Of a stretch of 58,878 nt of DNA, positions 29,379-37,426 are shown piece after piece. The DNA comes from Gemmatimonadales bacterium. GTDB lineage: Bacteria > Gemmatimonadota > Gemmatimonadetes > Gemmatimonadales > GWC2-71-9. The notes below the pieces were generated by a model. That model searched no databases and had not been told where the DNA came from. It saw nothing but the letters and a program-made list of their open reading frames with translations. The stretch lies in contig JANNGX010000051.1 in assembly GCA_031404115.1 (NCBI GenBank), positions 1 through 58,878 of the forward strand, given 5' to 3'. Numbering within the stretch: position 1 is the first letter of the stretch; each line of letters starts with the position of its first letter. A program made the translations under genes and the position numbers.

Positions 29379-30862
29379 GGCATGCCGCCGTCGCTCGAAT
29401 CTCGTCCCCGGCCGCCGAGCAGCGCAGCCACGATCTCCTTCTCGTCGAACGGCCGGTACTCTTTCCCGATCACCTGATACGTCTCATGGCCTTTGCCTGC
29501 CAGGAGCACCGTGTCGCCCTCACGGGCCTCCTCGAGCGTCTGCCGAATGGCCTCGCGCCGGTCGGCGACCCGAAGGTGGGGCGCGCCCGGGGGCAGTCCC
29601 GCCATCACCTCCGCGAGGATCGCCTCCGGGTCCTCGGTGCGGGGATTGTCCGAGGTGACGACCGCCAGATCGGCCAGGGTGCCCGCGATCTTCCCCATCA
29701 GAGGCCGTTTGCCCCGGTCCCGGTCGCCGCCGCAGCCGAAGACGACGATGAGCCGCCCCGGCGTCACCGGCCGCAGCGCCCCCAGGGCCCGCTCCAGCGC
29801 GTCCGGAGTGTGGGCGTAGTCGCGGAGCACCACGAAGGGCCGCGAAGCCAGCCGCTCCATACGGCCGGGCACCTGAGGCGCCGTATTGAGCCGGTCGACC
29901 ACCGCGCCGAGCGAATGCCCCATGCCCAGCGTCACCGCCGCGGCCGCGAGGGCATTGGCCACATTGAATTCACCGGGCAGCGGCAGGCACACTTCGGCGC
30001 TGCCGAACCGTCCCTGCACCCTGAACCGGGAGCCGGTGGCCTCGAGGACGGGATCGGTGGCGCGCAGATCGGCATCAGGCTGAAATCCGAATGACACCAG
30101 ATTCGTGGTGCGGGGAATCACCCTCCACGCCGGGTCATCGGCATTGACGGCGACGGCCGCATCCCGGGCCGCGAGGTTCAGCAGCTTGAGCTTGGCGGCC
30201 AGGTAGTGCTCCATCGTCCGGTGATAGTCGAGATGGTCGCGGGTCAGGTTGGTGAACACCATGCCCTGGAACACGAGGCCGTCGAGACGGCCCTGATCCA
30301 GGCTGTGCGAGGACGTTTCCATCACGACGGAGCGCACGCCGCGATCGCGCAGCGCCGCGAGCGTGGCCTGCAGATCCACCGGACCCGGCGTCGTGAGGGA
30401 GCCGGCCATGGAAGGCACTCGCGCGCCGGCGCCATCGAATGCCCCCAGGGTCCCGAGGCTGGCGGTGTCCTGCTGCTGATTGAGCAGGTGGCGCACGATG
30501 CCGGTGGTGGTGGTTTTCCCGTTGGTGCCGGTGATGCCGACCAGGGTAAGCGAGGCGCCGGGATCGCCGTACCACGCCCGCGCCAGCGCGATGGCCGCCC
30601 GGCGGCCCTCGCCCACGATGATCTGGGGCACCCTCGCTTCGACCGGTGCCTCCACCACGACCGCCGACGCACCGCGCGCGACCGCGTCCGGCACGAAGCG
30701 GTGCCCGTCGGACTCCGAACCCCGCACCGCGACGAACAACGCGCCCGGCACCACGCTGCGGCTGTCGGTGGTGAGCGCGCCGAAATCGGGCAACCCCTCC
30801 GGCGCAAAGCGGAGCAGTCCTTGCCTCCGAAGCGCCGCGATCAACGGAGCCGGTTCGGTCAC
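29375..30862 (-). CDS. murE: UDP-N-acetylmuramoyl-L-alanyl-D-glutamate--2,6-diaminopimelate ligase
   Basis: TTDSRSVVPGALFVAVRG, GITGTNGKTTT, and a DNPR motif (TSDNPRTEDP) suggesting meso-DAP specificity. Start at GTG 30862, overlapping the ftsI stop. The 853-aa ORF-track version is an out-of-frame extension. Confidence 0.93.
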   Translation of the reverse strand: MTEPAPLIAALRRQGLLRFAPEGLPDFGALTTDSRSVVPGALFVAVRGSESDGHRFVPDAVARGASAVVVEAPVEARVPQIIVGEGRRAAIALARAWYGDPGASLTLVGITGTNGKTTTTGIVRHLLNQQQDTASLGTLGAFDGAGARVPSMAGSLTTPGPVDLQATLAALRDRGVRSVVMETSSHSLDQGRLDGLVFQGMVFTNLTRDHLDYHRTMEHYLAAKLKLLNLAARDAAVAVNADDPAWRVIPRTTNLVSFGFQPDADLRATDPVLEATGSRFRVQGRFGSAEVCLPLPGEFNVANALAAAAVTLGMGHSLGAVVDRLNTAPQVPGRMERLASRPFVVLRDYAHTPDALERALGALRPVTPGRLIVVFGCGGDRDRGKRPLMGKIAGTLADLAVVTSDNPRTEDPEAILAEVMAGLPPGAPHLRVADRREAIRQTLEEAREGDTVLLAGKGHETYQVIGKEYRPFDEKEIVAALLGGRGRDSSDGGMP

Positions 30863-32850
30863 CTCGGCTTGTCCGGTGTGGCGACCAGCACGACGGTCTT
30901 TCCCGCGGGCAGCGAGTCGCCGGCCGCGGGAACACTTCGGGTCACGATGCCACTGCCCTCTACTCGCACCCGAAGCCCGCGCTGATGCAGCGCGAATGCA
31001 GCCGAGCGCACCGAGCGCCCGGCCACCTCGGGCACCACCACTGTGGGCTGCTGGGCCGGCCTCGCCGGAGGAAGCGGCAGCCGCACCGCCGTCGGGAGCG
31101 GGGCTCGCGCCTCGACCACGGAGCGCCGGCCCGGCCGGGTGGGCGGGGGAACGCTCTCGACGTCGGCGTCCACCAGCGCGCCGCGGTCGATGACGCTCCT
31201 TCGCGCCGCCAGTGCCTGCCGCAGCATTTCCGCGGTGAGCGGTGCCGCGATCACGCCGCCGTAGTAAGCGCCGGTGTGGGGCCGGTCGATGGTGACCACC
31301 GCCACGAGCTGGGGGTCCCTGGCCGGAAAGATCGCCGCGAACGAGGCGCGGTACTCCCCGCTGGCGTAGCTCCCGTTTTCCAGCTCCTTGGCCGTGCCGG
31401 TCTTGCCGATGATCCCGAAGCGAAGCTGCGACTGCCCCCCGGTGCCGGAGTCGCTGGCGGCGTCGGCCAGGTAGCCGCGGATTGTGGCGGCCACCTCGGA
31501 AGAAATCACCCGCCGTACCACTTCGGGCTGATGCCGGTACCGGACCCGACCTTCCAAATCCCGGATCTCCTTGATCAACGTGGGCGCCAGTAGCACGCCG
31601 TCGTTGGCGAAGACGCCATAGGCCGCGGCAAGCTGCACCGGAGTGACCTGTAGCTCGTAGCCCATCGCAATGCTCTGCGCGCTGTACCCCTCGCGCCAGC
31701 GATGGGGCCGGGCCAGGACGCCGGCGGCCTCGGAGGGGAACTCCACGCCCGTCGGGGATCCGAAGCCGAACGCCCGGAGCATCTCGAACTGCTCTTCCGA
31801 GCGGAGCCGCGAGGCAAATTTGGCGACCGCGATGTTGCTGGACACCTGGATGGCACGCGCCAGCGTCACCGGCACTCGCTGTGCGTGCGTATCGTGAATG
31901 GTACGGGTGTGCCCGCCGGCGGTGGGGTAGGTCCACGCGCCGTTCTCGCCGGACACGGTCTCGGTGCTCTCGACCCGGCGCAGAGTCAGCAACGCCGCCG
32001 CGGTGAATGGCTTGGCCGTCGAGCCCGGCTGGAACGCGCCGGTGAACACCGAGGCGGAGGTGGCGGCGCCCGAGGCCGATCGCGAGGCAAGCGCCAGCAG
32101 CTCGCCGCTGCGATGATCCAGGAATACCACATCGCCCGCCTCGGCCTTGAACTCCTTGAGGGCCTGGATCAGGGCGTGCTCCGCGATGCCCTGCAGTTCG
32201 GCATCGAGCGTGAGGGTCACATCATGTCCCGGCACCGGCTCGCGGATCAGCCGATCGGGCGATTCGAATTGCCGGCCCGAGGGGTCCTTGAGGTCAACGG
32301 TGAGCCCCGGCACCCCCGCGAGCACCGAATCCAGCGCCCGCTCGAGCCCCGATTCGCCCGCGCCGCCATCACCCGAGACGGCACCGATGATCGGCCCGGC
32401 GAGAATACCTCCGGGATAGGCGCGGCTATAGGTGGTCTGGAGATGAATGCCCCGGAGCTTCCGGAGCCGGGCCACCTCGAGCGCGGTGTAGGGACCGTGA
32501 AAATACGGATAGCGCGGCGTGCCGCGGCGGAACATGCGGCGGAGTGAGTCGGCCGGCACCCGGAGGTCTGCGGCCATCCGGCGGATCAGCAGCGCCGTGT
32601 CCGTGACCTCCTGGAGCGCCAGCTGCACCCGGTACTTCGGCTGGGAAATGACCAGCGGCGTGCCGTTGCGATCATAGATCGTGCCCCGGCTGGCGGGGAG
32701 CTCGACCTGTTTGGTGCGCTGCTGCGCCGCTTGACGGGCCAGCTCCCCGCCGCGGACGAGCTGGAGCCAGCCGGCCCGCGCCACCACCAGCACCAGACCC
32801 GCACCGAATGCCACTTGCAGGGCCACGATGCGAGCGACCGGCTTGGCCAT
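30859..32850 (-). CDS. ftsI: class B penicillin-binding protein (FtsI/PBP3 type) with one C-terminal PASTA domain
   Basis: 663 aa. N-terminal TM anchor, transpeptidase motifs STAKPF, SSN and KTGTA. The last about 62 aa, TVVVPEVAGRSVRSAAFALHQRGLRVRVEGSGIVTRSVPAAGDSLPAGKTVVLV, are PASTA-like. Confidence 0.9.
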   Translation of the reverse strand: MAKPVARIVALQVAFGAGLVLVVARAGWLQLVRGGELARQAAQQRTKQVELPASRGTIYDRNGTPLVISQPKYRVQLALQEVTDTALLIRRMAADLRVPADSLRRMFRRGTPRYPYFHGPYTALEVARLRKLRGIHLQTTYSRAYPGGILAGPIIGAVSGDGGAGESGLERALDSVLAGVPGLTVDLKDPSGRQFESPDRLIREPVPGHDVTLTLDAELQGIAEHALIQALKEFKAEAGDVVFLDHRSGELLALASRSASGAATSASVFTGAFQPGSTAKPFTAAALLTLRRVESTETVSGENGAWTYPTAGGHTRTIHDTHAQRVPVTLARAIQVSSNIAVAKFASRLRSEEQFEMLRAFGFGSPTGVEFPSEAAGVLARPHRWREGYSAQSIAMGYELQVTPVQLAAAYGVFANDGVLLAPTLIKEIRDLEGRVRYRHQPEVVRRVISSEVAATIRGYLADAASDSGTGGQSQLRFGIIGKTGTAKELENGSYASGEYRASFAAIFPARDPQLVAVVTIDRPHTGAYYGGVIAAPLTAEMLRQALAARRSVIDRGALVDADVESVPPPTRPGRRSVVEARAPLPTAVRLPLPPARPAQQPTVVVPEVAGRSVRSAAFALHQRGLRVRVEGSGIVTRSVPAAGDSLPAGKTVVLVATPDKPR

Positions 32851-33152
32851 CAGCGGACCCGGGGGGTGCCGGTGGTGAGGGAATCCACCTTGAGGTAGGT
32901 GTTCTCGCGATCGGTGGGACGATGCAGCCCCGCTTTTTCCATCTTCGGCACCAGGACGGCGCGGCTGGTGGCGAGCTTGATCTGTCGCTCGAGGTCCGAC
33001 TTGGCGCCGAGCAGCTCGGTCTTCCGGTCTCTAAGCTCGCGCAGCTGCTGCGCCACCAGCAAGGCCTCGCGCTGCCGGGTGACGACCGCCGCGGCGATGC
33101 CCAGAAAGAGCAGCAGCCACAGCACCAGCCAGTGACGGCCTCTAAGCGTCAT
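32850..33152 (-). CDS. ftsL: cell division protein FtsL-like (single TM + coiled coil)
   Basis: ATG at 33152 (MTLRGRHWLVLWLLLFLGIAAAVV..., 100 aa). Position between rsmH and ftsI supports the call. It shares one base with the ftsI start and overlaps the rsmH end by 11 nt. The longer ORF-track version (to 33431) runs inside rsmH. Confidence 0.6.
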   Translation of the reverse strand: MTLRGRHWLVLWLLLFLGIAAAVVTRQREALLVAQQLRELRDRKTELLGAKSDLERQIKLATSRAVLVPKMEKAGLHRPTDRENTYLKVDSLTTGTPRVR

Positions 33153-34122
33153 GCGCGGTCCGGAAAATCCGGAGCCGGGCGCTCCGGGCGCGCGAGTTGT
33201 CGGCGACTTCCATGGGATCGGGCACCACACCGCTCCGGGGCGCGGCCACGCCGAGCGGGCGACCGCGACAGGTGCAGACGGGTTGCTCGGACGGGCAGAT
33301 GCAGGCGCGGCTCCACTCGTGGAAGGCGTGCTTGACCACTCGGTCTTCGCCCGAATGATAACTGATGACCGCGAGGCCCCCGCCGGGCACCAGTGCGTCG
33401 CGCAGGGCGGGAAGCGCCTCCACCAGGCCATCGAGCTCCTGGTTCACGGCGATCCGGAGCGCCTGGAAGATCCGGGCAAAATCCTCGGGGCCCGATCGGG
33501 GGCCCAGGACTCCGCGAATGGCGTTGACCAGGTCGTCGCTGACCGCAAAGGCCCCGTGCTCGCGACGCCGCACGATCTCGCCGGCGAGCCGGTGGGCCCG
33601 GCGCTCGTCGGCCCAGTCGGCGAGCCAGGCCCGAAGGGTGTCCTTGGGCACGGTATTGAGGAGGTCGGCGGCGGTCGGACCCTCCGCGCCCATGCGCATG
33701 TCGAGCGGGGCGCCCGGGCGGAAGGTGAACCCGCGCCCCTCTTCGTCCAGCTGCCGCGACGAGACGCCGAGGTCGAGCAGAATGAAATCCGGATCGAAGT
33801 CGTGAATCTCCGCCAACGCCTCTTCGCTCGCGAACGGAGCGTTCAGGTAACGGATCCCGGCATCACCCAGGCGGGCCCGTGCGATCCGGATGGCCTCGGG
33901 ATCGCGATCGATGGCCAGGAGGTCGATGCCGGCCTCGCGGAGCGCCTCGGCGTGACCGCCGTCGCCCAGCGTGCCATCGACCCCGCGGCGAGAGCCGCGC
34001 GCCGCATCCACCACGGCCTTGAGCAGCACGGGCCGGTGAAACCCCGAATCCACCGGGACCGCCCCCTCGGGGGCCTCCGGCTCGGGGGGCGCCGGAACTG
34101 CAGTTGTCTGTTCGTCGGTCAT
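33142..34122 (-). CDS. rsmH: 16S rRNA (cytosine1402-N4)-methyltransferase RsmH/MraW
   Basis: HRPVLL, DGTLGDGGH, DLGVSSRQLD, ISYHSGEDRVVK. Confidence 0.95.
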   Translation of the reverse strand: MTDEQTTAVPAPPEPEAPEGAVPVDSGFHRPVLLKAVVDAARGSRRGVDGTLGDGGHAEALREAGIDLLAIDRDPEAIRIARARLGDAGIRYLNAPFASEEALAEIHDFDPDFILLDLGVSSRQLDEEGRGFTFRPGAPLDMRMGAEGPTAADLLNTVPKDTLRAWLADWADERRAHRLAGEIVRRREHGAFAVSDDLVNAIRGVLGPRSGPEDFARIFQALRIAVNQELDGLVEALPALRDALVPGGGLAVISYHSGEDRVVKHAFHEWSRACICPSEQPVCTCRGRPLGVAAPRSGVVPDPMEVADNSRARSARLRIFRTAHDA

Positions 34123-34145
34123 GTGCGCGCTCCCTGGAAAGACTT

Positions 34146-34172
34146 CACCCCGCCCGGTGCCCGGACGGGGTG
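34146..34172 (-). terminator. GC-rich stem-loop just downstream of tRNA-Asp (weak U-tract)
   Basis: caccccg (34146-52) pairs with cggggtg (34166-72), with inner ccgg/ccgg pairing. On the minus strand it is followed by AAGTCTTTCC. It lies between tRNA-Asp and the rsmH start. Confidence 0.35.
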
Positions 34173-34181
34173 AGTCGGGAG

Positions 34182-34256
34182 CGGGGCTGACGGGGCTCGA
34201 ACCCGCGACCTCCGCAGTGACAGTGCGGCACTCTAACCAAGCTGAGCTACAGCCCC
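34182..34256 (-). tRNA. tRNA-Asp (anticodon GTC)
   Basis: Hand-folded cloverleaf of GGGGCTGTAGCTCAGCTTGGTTAGAGTGCCGCACTGTCACTGCGGAGGTCGCGGGTTCGAGCCCCGTCAGCCCCG: 7-bp acceptor stem, anticodon loop CTGTCAC, T-loop TTCGAGC, 75 nt. CCA is not encoded. Confidence 0.9.
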
Positions 34257-34291
34257 TGCTGCGAAGCCTCTAAAGGTAGAGGGGCCGGGCG

Positions 34292-36109
34292 TCACTTGCA
34301 ATACGCCTTGTGCATCTGTGCGAGCCGCGGACCGTAGCCCACGACGCCCGCTTTGTACTTGTCGACCGCCTCGGGATTGATCGATCTGCCAAGATCGAGC
34401 GCCGGACCGGCTTCGTCCATCAGCGCCTGCATCTGTTTGACGATATCGCACGACTTGGTGCTCACCGCCTGCGCATCCAGGCCGGACCCCGAGACCACCG
34501 CCGCGATGCCCAGCACGTAGTTGGCGAGGGCGTTCACCTGGCTCCCCTTGGGGGCCAGCCTGGCCGCAGAGCGGGAGGCTTCCAGCGCCGTCGGGAGATC
34601 GGACTGCAGCACCGCCAGCGCCGCGCGGGCCACCAGGTTGGCGTAATTCATTTTGGCCTCGTCGTCGCCAAGCCGCTCGATGTAGCTCGAGAGGGCCAAC
34701 GCATCCTTGAGGCGATTGCCGACGATGAGCCCGTTGATCACCCGGAGGACCGGGGTCACGTCCGCCGAATCCACCGCCATCAGCCGCTGGGTGACGGCCA
34801 CGGCACTGTCCACGGGTCCGGCCAGGGCGTAGGCCTGCGACAGCTGGCCCAGCAGCGTCCCGTTGCTGGGGAACTTGTTCGAGCCCTGGCGCGCCCACCG
34901 CAGGAACCGCGTGCTGTCGACCACCGCCATCTCGCGGCTGAGATGCACCACCGAATCCCGATTCACCTGCACGCCGGACGAATCGACCTTGAAGCGTACC
35001 GTGGAATCGATCGTCACCATGGCGTTCTTGTAGGGAAGCGACGTGGCGTACGTCATCTTGGTGTAGAACGTGGTGTCCGCCTTGGTGCTGTCCAGCGCGT
35101 ACACCTGCTCCAGCGCGTCCACCGCGCACTTATTCTTCTCCGGCTTGCTCTGCACGATGCAGGCGCCGAACTTCAGGTCCCAGAAATCGGAGTTCGCGGG
35201 ATCGAGCTTGATGCCCTCGTCCGCCACATCTTCCGCCGCGTCCGGCCGCCCGTAGTTCTGGAACAGCCGGAAGGCCTCCTTGCGCAACGCCTCGTTGGTG
35301 GGCGCGACGCGGAGCAACTCCTTGAACGTCTCGATGGTCTGCGTGCTGTCGCCCTTGGCCTGGTACTGTACCGCCAGCGCGGTCCAGGCATCGAGCGAGA
35401 GGCGATCACCGTTGGTGGCGGCCTTCAGGTGGGCGATGACGCTGTCCACCGGCGCCTTGTCCTTGATCGCAATCTGCGCCAGGCAATACTCGGCCAAGCC
35501 GTGATGCGGTACGATGCGCAGCGCCTTGGCCGCCGCTTCCCGGGCCTTGACCGTGTTGGTGCTCCGGAGGTTTTCGCAGTTCTTGGCCTCCGGCAGCGCC
35601 CGGAAGGCCGGGCCGAGCGAATCGCCGACCTTCTGGCCGAACTCCTCGAACGACTGATTGGGCAGCTGGGTCACGCGAATCATCTGACCGGCATCGTCGG
35701 TCAGGCCGGCGAGCCGCGCCTCGACGGTGAAGCGCCCGCCGTCACCTTTGAGCAGATTGGAAATCACCATCACCCGCGCGTTGAGCGAGGTGGCGAGCTG
35801 CCGGGCCACCAGCGGAGGCAGCACCGCGTCCACCGGGTAGGCGTACTGCTGCAAGGCCTCGTTCATCTGCTCCCGCGTGATCGCCTTGAACCACTTGTCG
35901 CTCACGTTGGAAACCCGATCCCGCATCCCGCTCCCGATGCGGACCGCCGGGGCGGAATCCGGGGCCGAGAAGCTGAAGGGATTCGCGACCAGAAGGCGCG
36001 GCAGGTTGGCGATTTGCGGAGGCGGCCGGCTGGAGCGCAGTTGGGCCACCGAGGGCACCATCGGCAGCGTCACCGCAGCGGCGGCGAGAACGAGAGGGGT
36101 CAGGCGCAT
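34292..36109 (-). CDS. secreted TPR-like helical-repeat protein of unknown function
   Basis: Start at 36109 gives a signal peptide (MRLTPLVLAAAAVTLPMVPSVAQL). TPR-like stretches occur, e.g. ALAVQYQAKGDSTQTIETFKELLRVAPTNEAL. The gene lies between two tRNA genes. Confidence 0.6.
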   Translation of the reverse strand: MRLTPLVLAAAAVTLPMVPSVAQLRSSRPPPQIANLPRLLVANPFSFSAPDSAPAVRIGSGMRDRVSNVSDKWFKAITREQMNEALQQYAYPVDAVLPPLVARQLATSLNARVMVISNLLKGDGGRFTVEARLAGLTDDAGQMIRVTQLPNQSFEEFGQKVGDSLGPAFRALPEAKNCENLRSTNTVKAREAAAKALRIVPHHGLAEYCLAQIAIKDKAPVDSVIAHLKAATNGDRLSLDAWTALAVQYQAKGDSTQTIETFKELLRVAPTNEALRKEAFRLFQNYGRPDAAEDVADEGIKLDPANSDFWDLKFGACIVQSKPEKNKCAVDALEQVYALDSTKADTTFYTKMTYATSLPYKNAMVTIDSTVRFKVDSSGVQVNRDSVVHLSREMAVVDSTRFLRWARQGSNKFPSNGTLLGQLSQAYALAGPVDSAVAVTQRLMAVDSADVTPVLRVINGLIVGNRLKDALALSSYIERLGDDEAKMNYANLVARAALAVLQSDLPTALEASRSAARLAPKGSQVNALANYVLGIAAVVSGSGLDAQAVSTKSCDIVKQMQALMDEAGPALDLGRSINPEAVDKYKAGVVGYGPRLAQMHKAYCK

Positions 36110-36180
36110 TCCGAACAACCTCCCAAAAGAACCGCCCAAGCTGGGCGGAGGACCCCGCGTCCGGTCGGATCGCGGGAGCA

Positions 36181-36254
36181 TGGGCGAAGAGGGATTCGAA
36201 CCCCCGACATCCTGCGTGTAAGGCAGGCGCTCTGAACCGCTGAGCTATTCGCCC
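36181..36254 (-). tRNA. tRNA-Val (anticodon TAC)
   Basis: Hand-folded cloverleaf of GGGCGAATAGCTCAGCGGTTCAGAGCGCCTGCCTTACACGCAGGATGTCGGGGGTTCGAATCCCTCTTCGCCCA: anticodon loop CTTACAC, T-loop TTCGAAT, 74 nt. Confidence 0.9.
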
Positions 36255-36343
36255 GGGGCAAACTGCGCCGGCATCCCCGGGACTGTGAATAGGGGACGTG
36301 TTTGGTCACTCGCCACGCACCAGCGGCGAGGCCGGCCGGCGTT

Positions 36344-36535
36344 TCAGAGTGCGATAGCCAACGGGAAGAGCACGCAATAACCAAGCACCAACAGCACGGC
36401 CGCGAGGCTCGCCGCTCCGGCGCTGAGCGTAAGATAGCCCGCGACGAGGCAGACCGTTGCCGCCACGAGCATGATCACGTTCCGGCGACCCAGGAGGCCT
36501 CGACGCCCGCTGACGTTCGGTTCTGAAGAAGCCAT
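36344..36535 (-). CDS. small two-TM membrane protein (63 aa)
   Basis: ATG at 36535 gives MASSEPNVSGRRGLLGRRNVIMLVAATVCLVAGYLTLS..AAVLLVLGYCVLFPLAIAL. It starts 13 nt after the stop of the preceding gene and is the last gene of the che/mgl block. Confidence 0.45.
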   Translation of the reverse strand: MASSEPNVSGRRGLLGRRNVIMLVAATVCLVAGYLTLSAGAASLAAVLLVLGYCVLFPLAIAL

Positions 36536-36548
36536 AAGTCTTTGAAAA

Positions 36549-37385
36549 CTAAGGCGCTGGACCGGCTTCATCAAGCGGCTCGCCCTCCGTCTCGACGGGG
36601 ACCGTCCAGCCCTGGTCCAGAGCCAGGCGGCGCGGACGGTCCCGACGGCGGCGATACCAGTACGCCCAAATTACCGCTCCTGCGATAATCAGCCAGAACC
36701 CCCCCGCCACGGCCCAGACTACCAGCCCGTACCGGCTCCGGACGTCCTTTCGCCACTCCACCTCGAACTGCGCCGTTCGAGAACCGGTCGTGGCCAGCAC
36801 CGCGTCATCGAATCCTTCCCCAGCCGCGAGCCGGGAAAGGAGCGGGACCAGCGAATGCTCCGGATGCCGGCGCGCCAGCATGGTCACTGCCGAGGCTGCC
36901 AGGCCGTACGCCGCCTGCGCAGTCGAGGCGTTGGCGCGGAGTGACCGGTCAAGTTCGAAGAAACCGGGGATGGCGCCGCGCGCGACGGTCAGATTGAGCT
37001 GGAGGAGCTCGAAGCGGTCCCACTCGCCCGCCGCCACCGCGGCGTACCCTTCATCGAACCAGAGTGGCACCCGCACCCGCACGGCCGCATGCAGGGCCAA
37101 GTGGGCCAGCTCGTGCCGGAGCGTGCGGTGCGGATCGCCGGCGTCCACCCGGATCACGATGGTGCGGGCTCCGGGGAGCGCGAATCCCGCGCCCCAGGAT
37201 GGGGCTCGGCCCTCCATGACCGAATCGAGCGGCGCGGCGCCGCGCACGACGATGAGCCGGAGCGGCCCCGGTTCGCGGCGGCCCAGTCCGTACCAGACCC
37301 GCGGCACCCCGGCCTCCTCGCCCAGGCCGATGGCGAGCGGGAGGTCGGCCTTCCGGGCCGTGACCTGGACCTCGCCAACCCGCAC
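36549..37385 (-). CDS. gluzincin-like (HExxH ... WFDEGYA) putative metallopeptidase with C-terminal TM helix
   Basis: RHELAHLALH followed by PLWFDEGYAAVAAGEW resembles the M1-like MA-clan pattern. The C-terminal YGLVVWAVAGGFWLIIAGAVIWAYWY is a TM helix. The start is ambiguous: GTG 37574 or 37502 overlaps the upstream gene by 148 or 76 nt, and the next canonical start is GTG 37385. Confidence 0.55.
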   Translation of the reverse strand: MRVGEVQVTARKADLPLAIGLGEEAGVPRVWYGLGRREPGPLRLIVVRGAAPLDSVMEGRAPSWGAGFALPGARTIVIRVDAGDPHRTLRHELAHLALHAAVRVRVPLWFDEGYAAVAAGEWDRFELLQLNLTVARGAIPGFFELDRSLRANASTAQAAYGLAASAVTMLARRHPEHSLVPLLSRLAAGEGFDDAVLATTGSRTAQFEVEWRKDVRSRYGLVVWAVAGGFWLIIAGAVIWAYWYRRRRDRPRRLALDQGWTVPVETEGEPLDEAGPAP

Positions 37386-37426
37386 GCCCAGGTATCCGGA
37401 CGGCGTGCCTTGCAGGAGCGCCAGGC

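Noticed and set aside
26874-29477. 867-aa plus-strand ORF antisense to mraY and murF
   Set aside because: Shadow ORF opposite two unmistakable Mur-pathway genes, with no motifs.
34310-36235. 641-aa plus-strand ORF antisense to the secreted TPR-like gene and overlapping tRNA-Val
   Set aside because: Shadow ORF with low-complexity R/G/H-rich text. It runs through a tRNA gene.
34182-36254. Genomic island or integrative element at the tRNA-Val/tRNA-Asp pair
   Set aside because: I could see no integrase or recombinase, no duplicated tRNA 3' fragment or direct repeat, and no obvious change in composition or codon usage.
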